The position numbers and the translations under genes are program-made. A stretch of DNA of 63,951 nt, filler included, from Dimargaris cristalligena (taxonomy: Eukaryota), in assembly GCA_003614675.1 (NCBI GenBank). It is 3 parts of 3 records of this genome, joined end to end, with 100 filler letters (N's around TTAATTAATTAA, not from the genome) between each part and the next. Parts side by side here need not be neighbours in the genome. Positions count along the whole stretch, not along the records: positions 23,145 to 46,051 come from ML002623.1; 2 more parts are not named here. One strand, given 5' to 3'. Shown here in pieces: positions 25,597-36,720 of this stretch (position 1 is its first letter; every line of letters starts with the position of its first letter). The notes under the pieces are model-generated. The model saw only the letters and a program-made list of their open reading frames with translations. It did no database searches and was not told where the DNA came from.

Positions 25597-27729
25597 TCAG
25601 GTACTAAGTATGATTTGTTGAATTTCTTGCCAGGCTTCTGACATCTTGTCCAAGTCAATCTTATAGTACAATGGTGTTGACCCAGGATGGTAATATGAGC
25701 GCTTGTGTATTAGCCCATAGCCTACTACGGGGAATGGCGGAGTATCGGTTTGGCCGAAAATGCGAGTTAAAGTTGTTTGATCACTCGGGTAAAAGGGACA
25801 AGCAAAAAAATTGTACTGGCGTTGAAGGGGCTTAGGCGGATCAAGTTCCTGTAGTTTCGTGGTCAACCAAAACTGGCTAATCACACCAATCGATCATTAA
25901 AGATATATTCGAAAATACCGACAATTAGTTAGTGGCGGTTAATGAGTAGCAGATATATATATATATCAGAGATACTGTCGTCGAAACCATAGACGAGAAA
26001 TACATGCAGCTTGTTGACGGGCCTTACCGAAAATCAGCCTCACAGTCGTAAAAGGGCTGTCCTCGCCAGTACATGAGGTCGTGGGCAATATACCGGTTCA
26101 AGTCGCTCTGGAAAGTGCAATCAAGTATGCACATGTCAGTTCTTTGACTGCCCCTACGCCCACCCATCCAAAGTGTATTGTAAGATTGATAATAGATGAT
26201 TATATTCGACTATTAGAAGTAGTAATTGGGTATTTTCTCTATCTGCCGGAATACCATTTAGTAGATGTTCTCAGTCGGAAATCGATATATTTATATTTAT
26301 CCATTAATTTACCTGTATAACCCTGACCCGGCGGGCAGATTCGAATCAAACTCATGAAGGCGAATTCCTATTAGTATACGGCAATGTTTTAGTTAAATCA
26401 GGGGGAATATGGTTGTCAAACAAAAGTCAGATAAGAACACCCCACAGTATGCAACCTATTGAAGCCCTTGCCAGCTATGATAGATATATTATGAAAATAT
26501 CCAGACTATTGAATTACCTACCATCGGGTAAATACGATGTAGTCTTGCCTAGAAAGGGTGTAGCGTAGACACAATGATTGGATTTTGGCGAGAATAGGGT
26601 ATTAGTCATACAATAAAACATATCACAATGAGTGAATATCGGCTCAGTAGTCGGCCAGAATATGCATTTTGACGAAAGAAGCAGTTCTAGTGAAAGACTC
26701 GTAAAAGGTTGGCGGAGTGCTTACCGTTAACCGATACTACTAAGCAATGGTCGCCCCTTGGAAGTGGTGAAATTAGCCAGTCAGCTAAGAGATCGTCCGG
26801 TATTTCAGCCAGTTTCTGGGGTAACATGAGTTGGTTTCTATGGGAGGATACACGACAATATTACCCAATAGTCTTGTTATGGTAAGTATTCGGGGTCCGA
26901 TTGAGCATGGAGTGGACTGTAATCATAATAACATACACCGTGGGTACGAAACAGACAATCGGTAAAATATAATTTCGAACTGGGATACTTACCGAAACTG
27001 AAGCTGCTTGCGAATAGATTTGTGTGCTCTTTGGCGGTTGGTAAACCGGCCCTGGGCGCGAATTTTCTTGGCTGATTCGGGAAACGAAGTGGTCAGTAGA
27101 GCTTTTCCTTCAGCCACACCATTGCCATCGTCGCTTGAGTCTTCTGCCTTGCGTTTTTCCTGAACCTTTTGCTGCTCTAATGCAGGAGTCTCACCTTTCG
27201 CGGATTTATTTGATACATGTGCCTCGTCATCACTGGCGGTTTCACCGTCATCGTCGGAAGGTTGTTGAGACCCGCTTAGGTATCGAGCAATCTCGTAGAA
27301 GTTATTGCGGCGCTAATGGTCCATGTAAAAATATATTATTATTGTATGTTGACCCAAAAGAATAATGAAAGTGCGATAGGTTAGAGTCACGCATCTTGTA
27401 ACGATGGTGGGTTAAGATAAATGGTTCTTCTAATGTAGGTTTTAGATGAGGGACATAGAAAAAGGGAGGGCAAATGCAGCTCATTCGATGGCGAATTAAA
27501 ACCAATTTCCCGGGGTTCTATTTACCTCTTTCTGGGCCTCGAGGTAGGCCTCTCGTTTCTGTCTCAACGCAGGGTCCCGCGTACGCATAGGCGTGGGTGC
27601 TTTATAAGCGGCCTTGCGATGAGCAAAGTCCGGGTTGGTAGTGTCCAGCACAAGACCGCTCTCAAGCTCCTTAGCTAAGGCAGTAGTGGCCTTAAAGTCC
27701 TGTTCGAGTTTCTTCGGTTCGGTGGACAT
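25597..27729 (-). CDS. SNUPN: Snurportin-1 (snRNP import adaptor), 7 exons, about 374 aa
   Basis: Exons 27729-27526, 27312-26993, 26837-26725, 26548-26522, 26367-26313, 26153-26028 and 25876-25597; all GT-AG, phases consistent, total 1125 nt. The product has an IBB-like segment HRKAAYK...KREAYLEAQKERRNNFYEIARYL, then NQLMLPQKLAEIPDDLLADW, FDSNLPAG, CILDC...[26 protein letters not shown] and HKRSYYHPGSTPL, collinear with snurportin-1. Confidence 0.92.
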
Positions 27730-28468
27730 GGCGGAAGGGCGACGCTGGACTTGGTAGAAATATATGCTATAGGCTTAGAAGGGATGAGGCCAGTTCGGTT
27801 AACAAAGCTAGAAATGAGAAGAGCAATGGGGAGAGAAGCAAGGTGTCTCTAGTCCCGGGGGAAGGGCAAAAGTTAACCTCACGATGGGTGGCCAGGCGAA
27901 TGTTCATGAGACCATGCTGGTCATCACGTTCATCGGCCAGCTGGATGCACACATGACAGCAACGAAAAAGAACGGGAAATGGAAGCCGCATGGCTAGTAA
28001 ACCAGCACGAATGGTGGGGTGGGTTGGATTTAATTATTGAATGTTCTAGTCTGGCTCACTGGCTATTTACGAAAAGGGATATAGATCATTTGATGGGGTT
28101 TGCTGAATTCATAATATTAAAGCATCTGAACATCTATAGCAATAATTGGCATAGCTTATGCCCCGTTTGCCATTCCAGCCCCAACCAACTAAATTTCACT
28201 GATACTTTACTAGTAAAATTATCCAGCTCAGCTTTCTTCCTGCTGTTAGCAGAACGGCCCCCTAATCCCCGACGATGGACATTGTTTTCAGCGGATTAAT
28301 GGGTGACATTTTATTTCTGTATATAAAAACGCGAGCTACAGATCATTGTCCTTAATGACCTTAACTTTCATTAAAAAGTTGGTTTATTGACCCTCGCGTA
28401 ATCCAAAAAAAGTAATACAGTAGTAAATGTGAAGAAGGGGTTAACTGAGACCCAAAGGGCAGCCGGAC

Positions 28469-29720
28469 TTATTGTTTGGTGGCCCTATAAGGAGGTAAGG
28501 CAAAGTGTGGAAATGCAATTGGATACAGTGGAGTAGGGTTAAAGTCAGTTTACAAGAGACTTGATCTTAGCAGTAAATTAATTAAAAGCCGAATAGGTTA
28601 TGCTATACGAAATGGTTTTACACTTACTTTTCCGACACATCCAAAAGCAGCGCGTCCGAGGTCAGCATGATCTTATTGTTAGAGGCGGACAAGACCTGGG
28701 AAATGTCGCGGGCGGTTTCGATACGGCGCAGTTCCAGGAAACCGGGCTTATTTTTGATGGCTTCACCAATCAATTCAGCAGACCGGGCCTCACCCTGGGC
28801 CTTGACAATCGTGGACTGCTTCTCCTGATGGGCCCGTTCCACCACAAAGAACGCGCGCTGGGCCTCCTGCTGAGCGATTTGCTTGGCCTCGACAGCGTGG
28901 GTGAATTCGGGGCTGAAGGTAACGTGGGTGATGGACACGTCGTCCAGGATGATGTTGAAGCGCAGACCGCGGCGGGTAAGGTTCTCGCGCACCAGTCGGC
29001 TGACCTTTTCACGCTGAGTGATCAATTGGGAGGCGTTGAACTGAGCCACGACGCTCTTGAGCACTTCGTTGACAATGGAGGGCAGCACGCGCTCGTCGTA
29101 ATCCAAACCCAGGGTACGGTAGATGGTGGGCAGGGCATCCACGCGAGGCCGAGAAAGGACACGGCAAGTGATGTTAACCATTTGAAGATCTACGAGTACC
29201 GTGAATAGGGGGGGAGGGGGTAGGTGTATAAATCGTAGGTCAGCGAGGGGTGTTGTTTACAGATAGTCATCGCATATAACGCCATTGGGGCGGAAATATA
29301 TTACAGGTGTTTATTGCAAAATGAACAGGCACGCAGCAATGGATCACAACCGGGCAAATGCGTAAATACCGGGATAGCCGGGGTAGACCTACCTTTGGTA
29401 CCGGTCAGGGAGGCAATGTTGCGGGGCTTAGCGCGCACGTCGTAAATGACGGGGGTCTCGAGCCAGGGGATCCGGATGTGGGTGCCTTCGTTGTAGATCA
29501 CTTCCTGAACACCCGTGAAGCGGGAGTACTTGACGGCCCGGTGACCACCATCCACATTGTACAGACTGGCGTAGAAGCCATAGGCACCACCGGCGAGCAA
29601 CAGGGCCCCGCTACCGACAGCGAAGCTGGGGCCACTGGGCGCACCACGGCTGGAACTAGCCCGACTGGCCTTCAATAAAGCCTGGCTAAACTTGCGGAAA
29701 GCGTCCTGGGGGTTCGACAT
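28469..29720 (-). CDS. PHB2: Prohibitin-2
   Basis: Exons 29720-29393 and 29189-28628, plus a probable tiny last exon 28484-28469 (unspliced stop would be at 28624). Motifs [34 protein letters not shown] and [15 protein letters not shown]. Confidence 0.96.
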
Positions 29721-30212
29721 GATCAAGCGGGGGAAGTCAGGGACAGGCGGTTGAAGAAGGGAGAGTAATTCAGACACAGTAAAATGGATCAAAAGAGATT
29801 AAGTGGGTGAGGGGAAAGAGGGCAAGTGGGGGATCTAGCTTCAAAAGGTGTGAGGAAAGGGGGCAGCGGAGGGAAGGGGATGCTGGTGTACCCAGTCTCC
29901 AGAAGCCAGCATCCTCTGCACTGCAGTTCTGGAATTGACGCTGTACCGGCCCGAGCTGAGTAAGCTACACCACAAGGCCAACGTCACTTTGGTTTAATGT
30001 TCTTCAATATCCGCCCCCCTCTTATTAATGGGGGGATTTGATCATTGACCAGGACGTCTATCCTAATCCGCAGCAAAGACGTGGACCCAACTCACTAGAG
30101 TGGCAATGCCATCACGTGAATTTGAAGGGACCTGGTAATTGGTAAAAGGGTGCCAATTTGGTTAATTAGTAATATTAGTATATACATTAAATTGGTGAAA
30201 TTTGTTCAGCAA

Positions 30213-30295
30213 GCTAATTTGGCCGAGTTGGTCTAAGGCGCCGCACTCAAGTTGCGGTCTCGAAAGAGGCGTGAGTTCGAATCTCACAGTTAGCA
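30213..30295 (+). tRNA. tRNA-Leu(CAA), intronless
   Basis: GCTAATT-TG-GCCGAGTTGGTCTAAGGC-G-CCGCA-CT-CAA-GT-TGCGG, long variable arm TCTCGAAAGAGG, GTGAG-TTCGAAT-CTCAC-AGTTAGC-A. Confidence 0.96.
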
Positions 30296-30897
30296 TGTTA
30301 TTTTCCTTTGCATTTTGGCGTAAGGCAAAACGACATTTTCTTTTTGATACACCTTAATAATGTCAAATTTGAAAATCAGATTGGAAACTGCATTGGTGTT
30401 GTGTAATGAAGAGAAACCCACCTTTAAAAGTAAATAAAAATGTTATTACTCTTTCCAAGTTAGTAATCAATTGTCCCTCCATAATGGCCGCGCTATATCG
30501 TGTCGTAGCAATGCCCTTTGGCGCTTAGTAAAAACAATACATTTTCTTATGGCCATGCATAGCTAGCCGGCCGCCTAACTAACCCGAACTTTATTCACAG
30601 ACCAGTGGTTATTCGCGCTTGACTGAACCAGTTTCCAGCCTCTCTCCAAGCAGTGGGTGGGATGCGATAAACCCAAAGCTCCTTTTTTATTTATAGGCCG
30701 TGTTTTTCCTCGCATTTACATTGCCCCACTTTCGTTTCTTTATCACTTCTCTCATTTGAACCACTTAACCTCTTTTATCCAGCGCGTTTCGATCTCATCC
30801 CATTATCTTCCATTTGGTCCCATAATCCATCCTACTTTATCCCTGTCTTTAATTTCACCACCGTATCTCTCGCATCATACCCCATTGACGACTCGCC

Positions 30898-32730
30898 ATG
30901 GCCGACCAATCTCATTTGGCTCTCATCAAGCAACAATTTGCCGAGAGTTTTGGCCTAGGCGATGACGACACTGTACTCAGCTTCTTCCAGACCTTGGTCG
31001 GAAACGGCAATCCCCTCGAATCCATCAATGCCGAAATGACCGATATGCTGGGCGACATCTATAATCCGGAAGTCGGCCGCTGGGCTTATGACCTGCTTCT
31101 GCACGGACCTTCGGTGGCTCAGCCCGAAGTTACCTCGGCCCCTACTATGGACTACCATGAGCAACCCATGGCGCACGTTGAGGAACACAGTGCACCGCAG
31201 GCCCAGCCTGCTCCCGCTCAGCCCTCTTCGACCATGCAAGCGCCCACGATTTCTTCTGAGATCCGGATCCGTGGAGTTAGTCGAACACCGGGTTCGGCCG
31301 GTAAAGGTAGGTGAAGCACAGCCGCCCTTTCATTGATAAATATATATTCGGTGTAACAACGACCTGCTTTTACCCTCGCGACAGGCAGTCGCTCAGCATC
31401 TCCCGGGTTTTCATCATTCGTCACTGGAACCATTCCCTTCTGCGCTGTTTATTTTTTCTATAGTTCCCCCTAGCATAATAGTCTACTAACTTTTCGCCTA
31501 GTTTTATCCATGAATTTATTTTTGTTGTACTCCCAATATAGCCCGTCAAACAGCCAAACCATATCAAACCGACAAAGCCCTGCGCTCTTCTAAGAATGGA
31601 GGAGTCGGTAAAGGGAATGATCGCAAGAGTGTGTTTGATCGACTTGGCACAGCCGTAAATGTTACCCAACTTCTTCGTGATGAAACTGGTAATAGTGGTC
31701 CCCCCGGCCGCTTCTCCAAATCCAATAATATTCTACGAGATGCTGAAGGGCACAAAATCCGTTGTCCGGAGTGGCCTAGGTGCATGAATCAGGCCACTTG
31801 TTTTTACCACCATCCTTCACGGCTCTGCGGGTAAGTCATTTGATAATCACCTCTACAACTGTACCTTTAAATAACTGAAATACGCTTTTGGTGGCCAAGC
31901 ATATTATGTGCATTTCAATGTTGTGATTTTTTCCCCTTAAAATTGCACGACTAATACCCCACCCTATCTCCTTTCTATTGCTGTTAAAATACGCACCTCT
32001 ACCACACCTCTTCAATCGTTTTTAGGCTACTTCCCAACTGCCCATACACCGCCCAAACTTGTGATTATATTCACCCGGAGATGGAGCCCCCCCAGCACGC
32101 GCCTACGACTACCTTGTGTCGGTTCGGGGTGGCCTGTACCAACCGGTACTGTACCTTTGCCCACCCGAACTCTACAAAGGCGCCCATTTGCGCCTACCAT
32201 CCCAACTGCCTCCGCCCGGACTGTAAATATGAGCACCCCGGTCGGGGCAGCCTGTCGATCGGCGCGAAGAAGGTCCCCGTGCTATGTCGGGAGGGCACCA
32301 AATGTCAACGGCCCAACTGCTTCTTTACTCACCCAGGCGATACTCCTATTGAGGTAAGAGCACCTCTTCGATCCTATATGTTATTTTACCCATGATGGTT
32401 TGCATTCGCCCCTCCCCATTCCCCACTAGACCCATATTTTAGTATCACTTCTCAGGGCTTTGTATTAATTGTAATTTATCTTTTTCTGTGAATGTGTCTA
32501 CTATTTACTGATTTTAGTGCAAATACGGTCATTACTGCAACCGCAAAGACTGTCCTTACACACACACCAAGCCCCCCGGCGATGCCGAAAACGGCGGAAA
32601 CGACATGCAGGTCGAATCGAAACCTCACATCAGCGATCGGCCCTTCGCTTCTAGCGTATCCGAGTCGTTCGACTCCACATCCATGGCCGACGCTGTTTCT
32701 GTTGAACCCTCCTCTACTACTCCAATGTAG
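30898..32730 (+). CDS. NAB2: Nab2/ZC3H14-like nuclear poly(A)-binding CCCH zinc-finger protein
   Basis: Exons 30898-31306 (alternative in-frame donor at 31301), 31542-31830, 32026-32353 and 32518-32730. PWI-like N-terminus, SVFDRLG, six CCCH fingers (first CPEWPRC) and a C-terminal HISDRPF motif. Confidence 0.85.
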
Positions 32731-34645
32731 ATAATTCGAGCCAGTGTTTTGTTTATATATATATATATATATATAAACGTATACTCCCCACCTCGAACAC
32801 AAGAAGCACTATCTTACTGTACAGCCTGCACGCGTACCTTTGACCTGTTCATCCAATTACCTAACTTAACCATACCATCAATCAAAACCTTAACCTGTCG
32901 CTTATGCCAACCCCGACTACGGTTTTTTAAACGGATAAAGCATTCACCCAGGGACGCCCCGCTGCAATCCTGCTAAACCTGCCGTCCATCTTTGCGACAA
33001 ACTGCGACTTTCCCTTTTAATACTATATTATATTTTTCATATTTTTACCCAATAGAATATTGCAATTTGGGGGATTTGCCATGTGCTGTCGATTGTGTTC
33101 CATCCTGTTGAAAGACCTTTTTGCTACATTTAAAAACCTGGTAATAGAGGGTTTCTTGAATAGAAGGACTTGTAGAAAGGTTGAAAGAGTAATGAACTTG
33201 TGATTAAATGGCGCCTGATAAATGGGAGCGTTCAAAGCCAAATCTAGAGTATACTGGCCATTTTGCTTTCTATCAATTGTTGTGGCAGGCCTTAATACCG
33301 GCCTTAAATAATGAAACCCTTAGATCAGCTCCGGCCGGAGCAGTGGCAGCCTAGTTGGAAACAGATATCTCGGGAAGAAAATTTGCACTCGGTGGTGACT
33401 ATTTTTGTCTGGAGTTCAGACAGGGCCAAACCGGGGATCACTGTTAGATCTTTACTGGCACATGGCGGACTAGACACCATGGATGGGCAAGATAGTCCCG
33501 GGTATTAGAAAAACCAATTATGAATTGAATGTTACAAAATGGTGTATTTTAATTGAGAATAGCCGTAGGGTATTTATACGAAAGCTGTTAAAATAAAAAT
33601 CACCAATAGTACGGGCAAATACTGCGATGATACCGGGGTGCTCAACCTGGCTGCAATTAATAAGGAATGAACATGTCGATAAAGTTAAATGAAATGAAGA
33701 CGGCTATGGAGAACAGGGGCTGGGGACACGCTCCAACCTCCCACAACTGGGAAGTACCCTTCTAAGGTAATAAGGGATGCTGGTAGACCTGCCCATACTG
33801 CAAAAATGCCTGTCAGTGCGGAGAAACGATAAGGCCCACCTCTGGTAAGATGGTCTTCAACTTTTCCAAGGTCCAGAAATGATGGGGCCGATTTACGCTT
33901 TTACAGTTTGTGTAGGACTGGCCACACCACTATTCTGCGTACAATCCATCGTATACAATCCATCAATAGCTAGATAGACGAAATTTAGAATGGGACAATA
34001 CAGTATTGAGAACTTAATGGAAATGGAGACACGGGCAGTAAAAGCAAATCTATACAATTTAATCTGTCTCATTAAACAAACTATCTGTTACATAACCGAA
34101 TTAAGTCCCCCTCCAGATGACGGCTGATTCCTACCCTAATTACAGCTGATGAATTGCCGATGGATGTACTTGACATGCACTCCCTACCATCCGTATCACG
34201 GTTTTATCGGGCGGCTATTGCCACGGAGCCCACTATTACAGCGTTTAGACTAGGGGCTTGCGTTATTCACCGGTTGTACCGAAAAATCGGAAATGTTCAA
34301 GTCTGCCCACGCTGCGTGTAACAAGGCGGAGTATTGGCCAAAACGACGACCACGACGTATTGCAACCATAGGTCAGGCCTGGGGAGATTTGCAACCACTT
34401 AATCCAACCCAGGCATTGTATCCCCAGGCTTATTGTGATAAAGTTACGATTGAAACCATACCCCACCTGTTGTCTGCGCAACCCTTCTTTATCACGAAGC
34501 AGGGCAAATTTATCAAACGAGCCCAGCTTCCTTCTTAACGGCCATGTTAAGTGATAAACTTCAAGAATGGGGGAATGTAATATTAAGGGGGATTACCAAG
34601 CGAGATTGGGCCGGGAAACCTTCGGCACTGGTGCGGTGCGTGCTG

Positions 34646-34652
34646 TATAAAG
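34646..34652 (+). promoter_or_regulatory. Candidate TATA box of tyrosinase gene
   Basis: TATAAAG about 135 nt upstream of the ATG. Confidence 0.4.
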
Positions 34653-34783
34653 AGCAAGCTCGATGGCCTAGCTTTAGAGATTCATCGTGATCCATTGCCA
34701 TATTTCCACTGGGTAGTCCAACCCAACTCAATTTAAACCCTTGCCACTCAGCGACCCAACCCTCCGGTGACCCGCCCTACTTC

Positions 34784-35716
34784 ATGCCGAAGCTCCCTTT
34801 TACCATGTGGCTAAATGTTCTAGTCGCCGTATTGCTCGGCGTCTGGATGGCCACGGCCGCCCTGGAGGACGGGTGCTCGGAGATCCGTGTACGCCGTGAA
34901 ATCCGTCAGCTCAGCCCCCAGGAACGCCGCGATTTTTTCCAGGCCATTAGGGTGCTCAACCAAGGGGCGCCCCCCACTGAATGGGACCAACTGGCCGTTC
35001 TGCACGTCAGCCTCAACCACACCATCCACGGCAACTCTTTCTTCCTACCATTCCACCGTCGCTACGTGTACGAGATGGAAAATCGGATCCGGGAAATGAT
35101 CCCCGGGTTCGCCATACCGTATTGGGACTGGTCGATTGACGCCTACGATGCCGCATCCAGCGAAGTGTTCCGGGGCACCAACGACTGGCTTGGTAGCCAG
35201 GGCCAGTGTCTCTCGGACGGAGCGTTCGCCGGTTTCGATGTCTTCTACTCCCAGGAAGGGATTCGCCCGCACTGTTTATCCCGCCAGTTTAACATGGGGT
35301 CGCAAATTGGCTATCTGTACCCCCCCGCCGCCCTCCACAACACCATGCTGCGTACCGTCACCTACGACCAGTTCCGCTCGTCCCTTGAAATAGGCCCCCA
35401 CGCCACGGTGCACCGCAACTTGGGCGGCGACATGAACACGCTGTCGGCCCCCAACGACCCCATCTTCTGGCTGCACCACTCGTTCATTGACAAACTGTGG
35501 AGCGAGTGGCAGACCCTGCCCGGCCGCTTTTACCTGTACGACGGACCGCCCGGGCCTAACCCCGTGTCCGTCTCCGACCGGGTGCCGTATTTCGGAAATA
35601 CCGTCCGGTCTCTACTGGATATTGGCGACATGTGCTACCGCTATGCCCCCGACGGTGCCGACCTGCCCCGCTCGGCCGGCTCTGGTAACCAAATCGCCTT
35701 TGGGGGCCACGCTTAA
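34784..35716 (+). CDS. Secreted tyrosinase / type-3 di-copper oxidase
   Basis: Signal peptide, RVRREIRQLS, CuA H...HGNSFFLPFHR, IPYWDWS, CuB HATVH...APNDPIFWLHHSFIDKLW, terminal CYRY. Confidence 0.95.
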   Translation: MPKLPFTMWLNVLVAVLLGVWMATAALEDGCSEIRVRREIRQLSPQERRDFFQAIRVLNQGAPPTEWDQLAVLHVSLNHTIHGNSFFLPFHRRYVYEMENRIREMIPGFAIPYWDWSIDAYDAASSEVFRGTNDWLGSQGQCLSDGAFAGFDVFYSQEGIRPHCLSRQFNMGSQIGYLYPPAALHNTMLRTVTYDQFRSSLEIGPHATVHRNLGGDMNTLSAPNDPIFWLHHSFIDKLWSEWQTLPGRFYLYDGPPGPNPVSVSDRVPYFGNTVRSLLDIGDMCYRYAPDGADLPRSAGSGNQIAFGGHA

Positions 35717-36405
35717 GGATCCACCCCCCTCCCATCCGGCCCTTCGTTTCACGGGATACCCTATTTAACCTTGGCTGCCAAGAAGATGGCCAATTTGATT
35801 ACATCGGTGGGTGGACAGCCCACTCACCCCATCGAAAGGCGACGGCTAAATAAACCGCCGGATATTTGCTTCGAAACCCAATCACCTGATGCAACCGATG
35901 GCGTCCTTGCACCCGGCCCATGAAGAACACCTTGAATTTGCTCTATTTATCTATTTATTTACTTATTTAACACCCGGATGTGTCCATATTTGGGCAATCC
36001 TGACTCGCTTTACCATCTTGGCAATAAATACTTGCGACCCTTACCTGCTCCAGGGGAGAATATTAATAGGCAGAACGAGTACGGGATATTTGAACCCAAA
36101 GAGGGAGTATAGTTCCACTGGGCCCGCAGTTCAATAAGGGGGAGGTTTGTGTAGGCAGCGGCGGACCATATACAGAGGTACCCCCCGATGGAGGAAAGGG
36201 TGGCTCGGTAGGTCTGGGGACCGCCCTACACTTTATCCGCAGAAACGCCTGCGTTGGAGTGGGCCTGGTTCGGGGATAGATACCCGCACCGGCATCAATT
36301 AGTTTGGGGCGGGGCCCAGGAGGAGAAGGGGGGCGGTGGGTTCAAGAGTCGCATATATCAGCACAATCTTGACTCGGCGGTAGTTGCGAGAAGTGGGGGC
36401 GTCGC

Positions 36406-36720
36406 TTAATTACTGGAGGCACTGGGACTATTCTTCGCAATCTCCTCAAGTTCGGCTAGCCGTAGCCGGAGCTGATCCAACTCGCGTTCTTTTTCCTCCC
36501 GAACCTCATCGGCTAGGAGGAACTGGAATATGAGATGGTAGGTGTAGGCAAAGCCGGAGCTGTAAAGGAGCACCGTCAGCAGCGGATTCCCGTATTGGTA
36601 AAAGAATGAGCTTGACGAGCTACGGCTTGCTGGGGTTGTGGCGTAAGTCCGTAGGGCGAGGCGACGGGGGTGGGCCAAGGTACCAAGGAGCCGAGGGTAA
36701 CGTGAAAGCAGGCGAGTCAT
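36406..36720 (-). CDS. Small mitochondrial single-pass protein with coiled coil (Ina17-like)
   Basis: Arg/Leu presequence ending RTYA, then FYQYGNPLLTVLL hydrophobic helix and an acidic coiled coil (DEVREEKERELDQLRLRL). Family assignment is tentative. Confidence 0.6.
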   Translation of the reverse strand: MTRLLSRYPRLLGTLAHPRRLALRTYATTPASRSSSSSFFYQYGNPLLTVLLYSSGFAYTYHLIFQFLLADEVREEKERELDQLRLRLAELEEIAKNSPSASSN

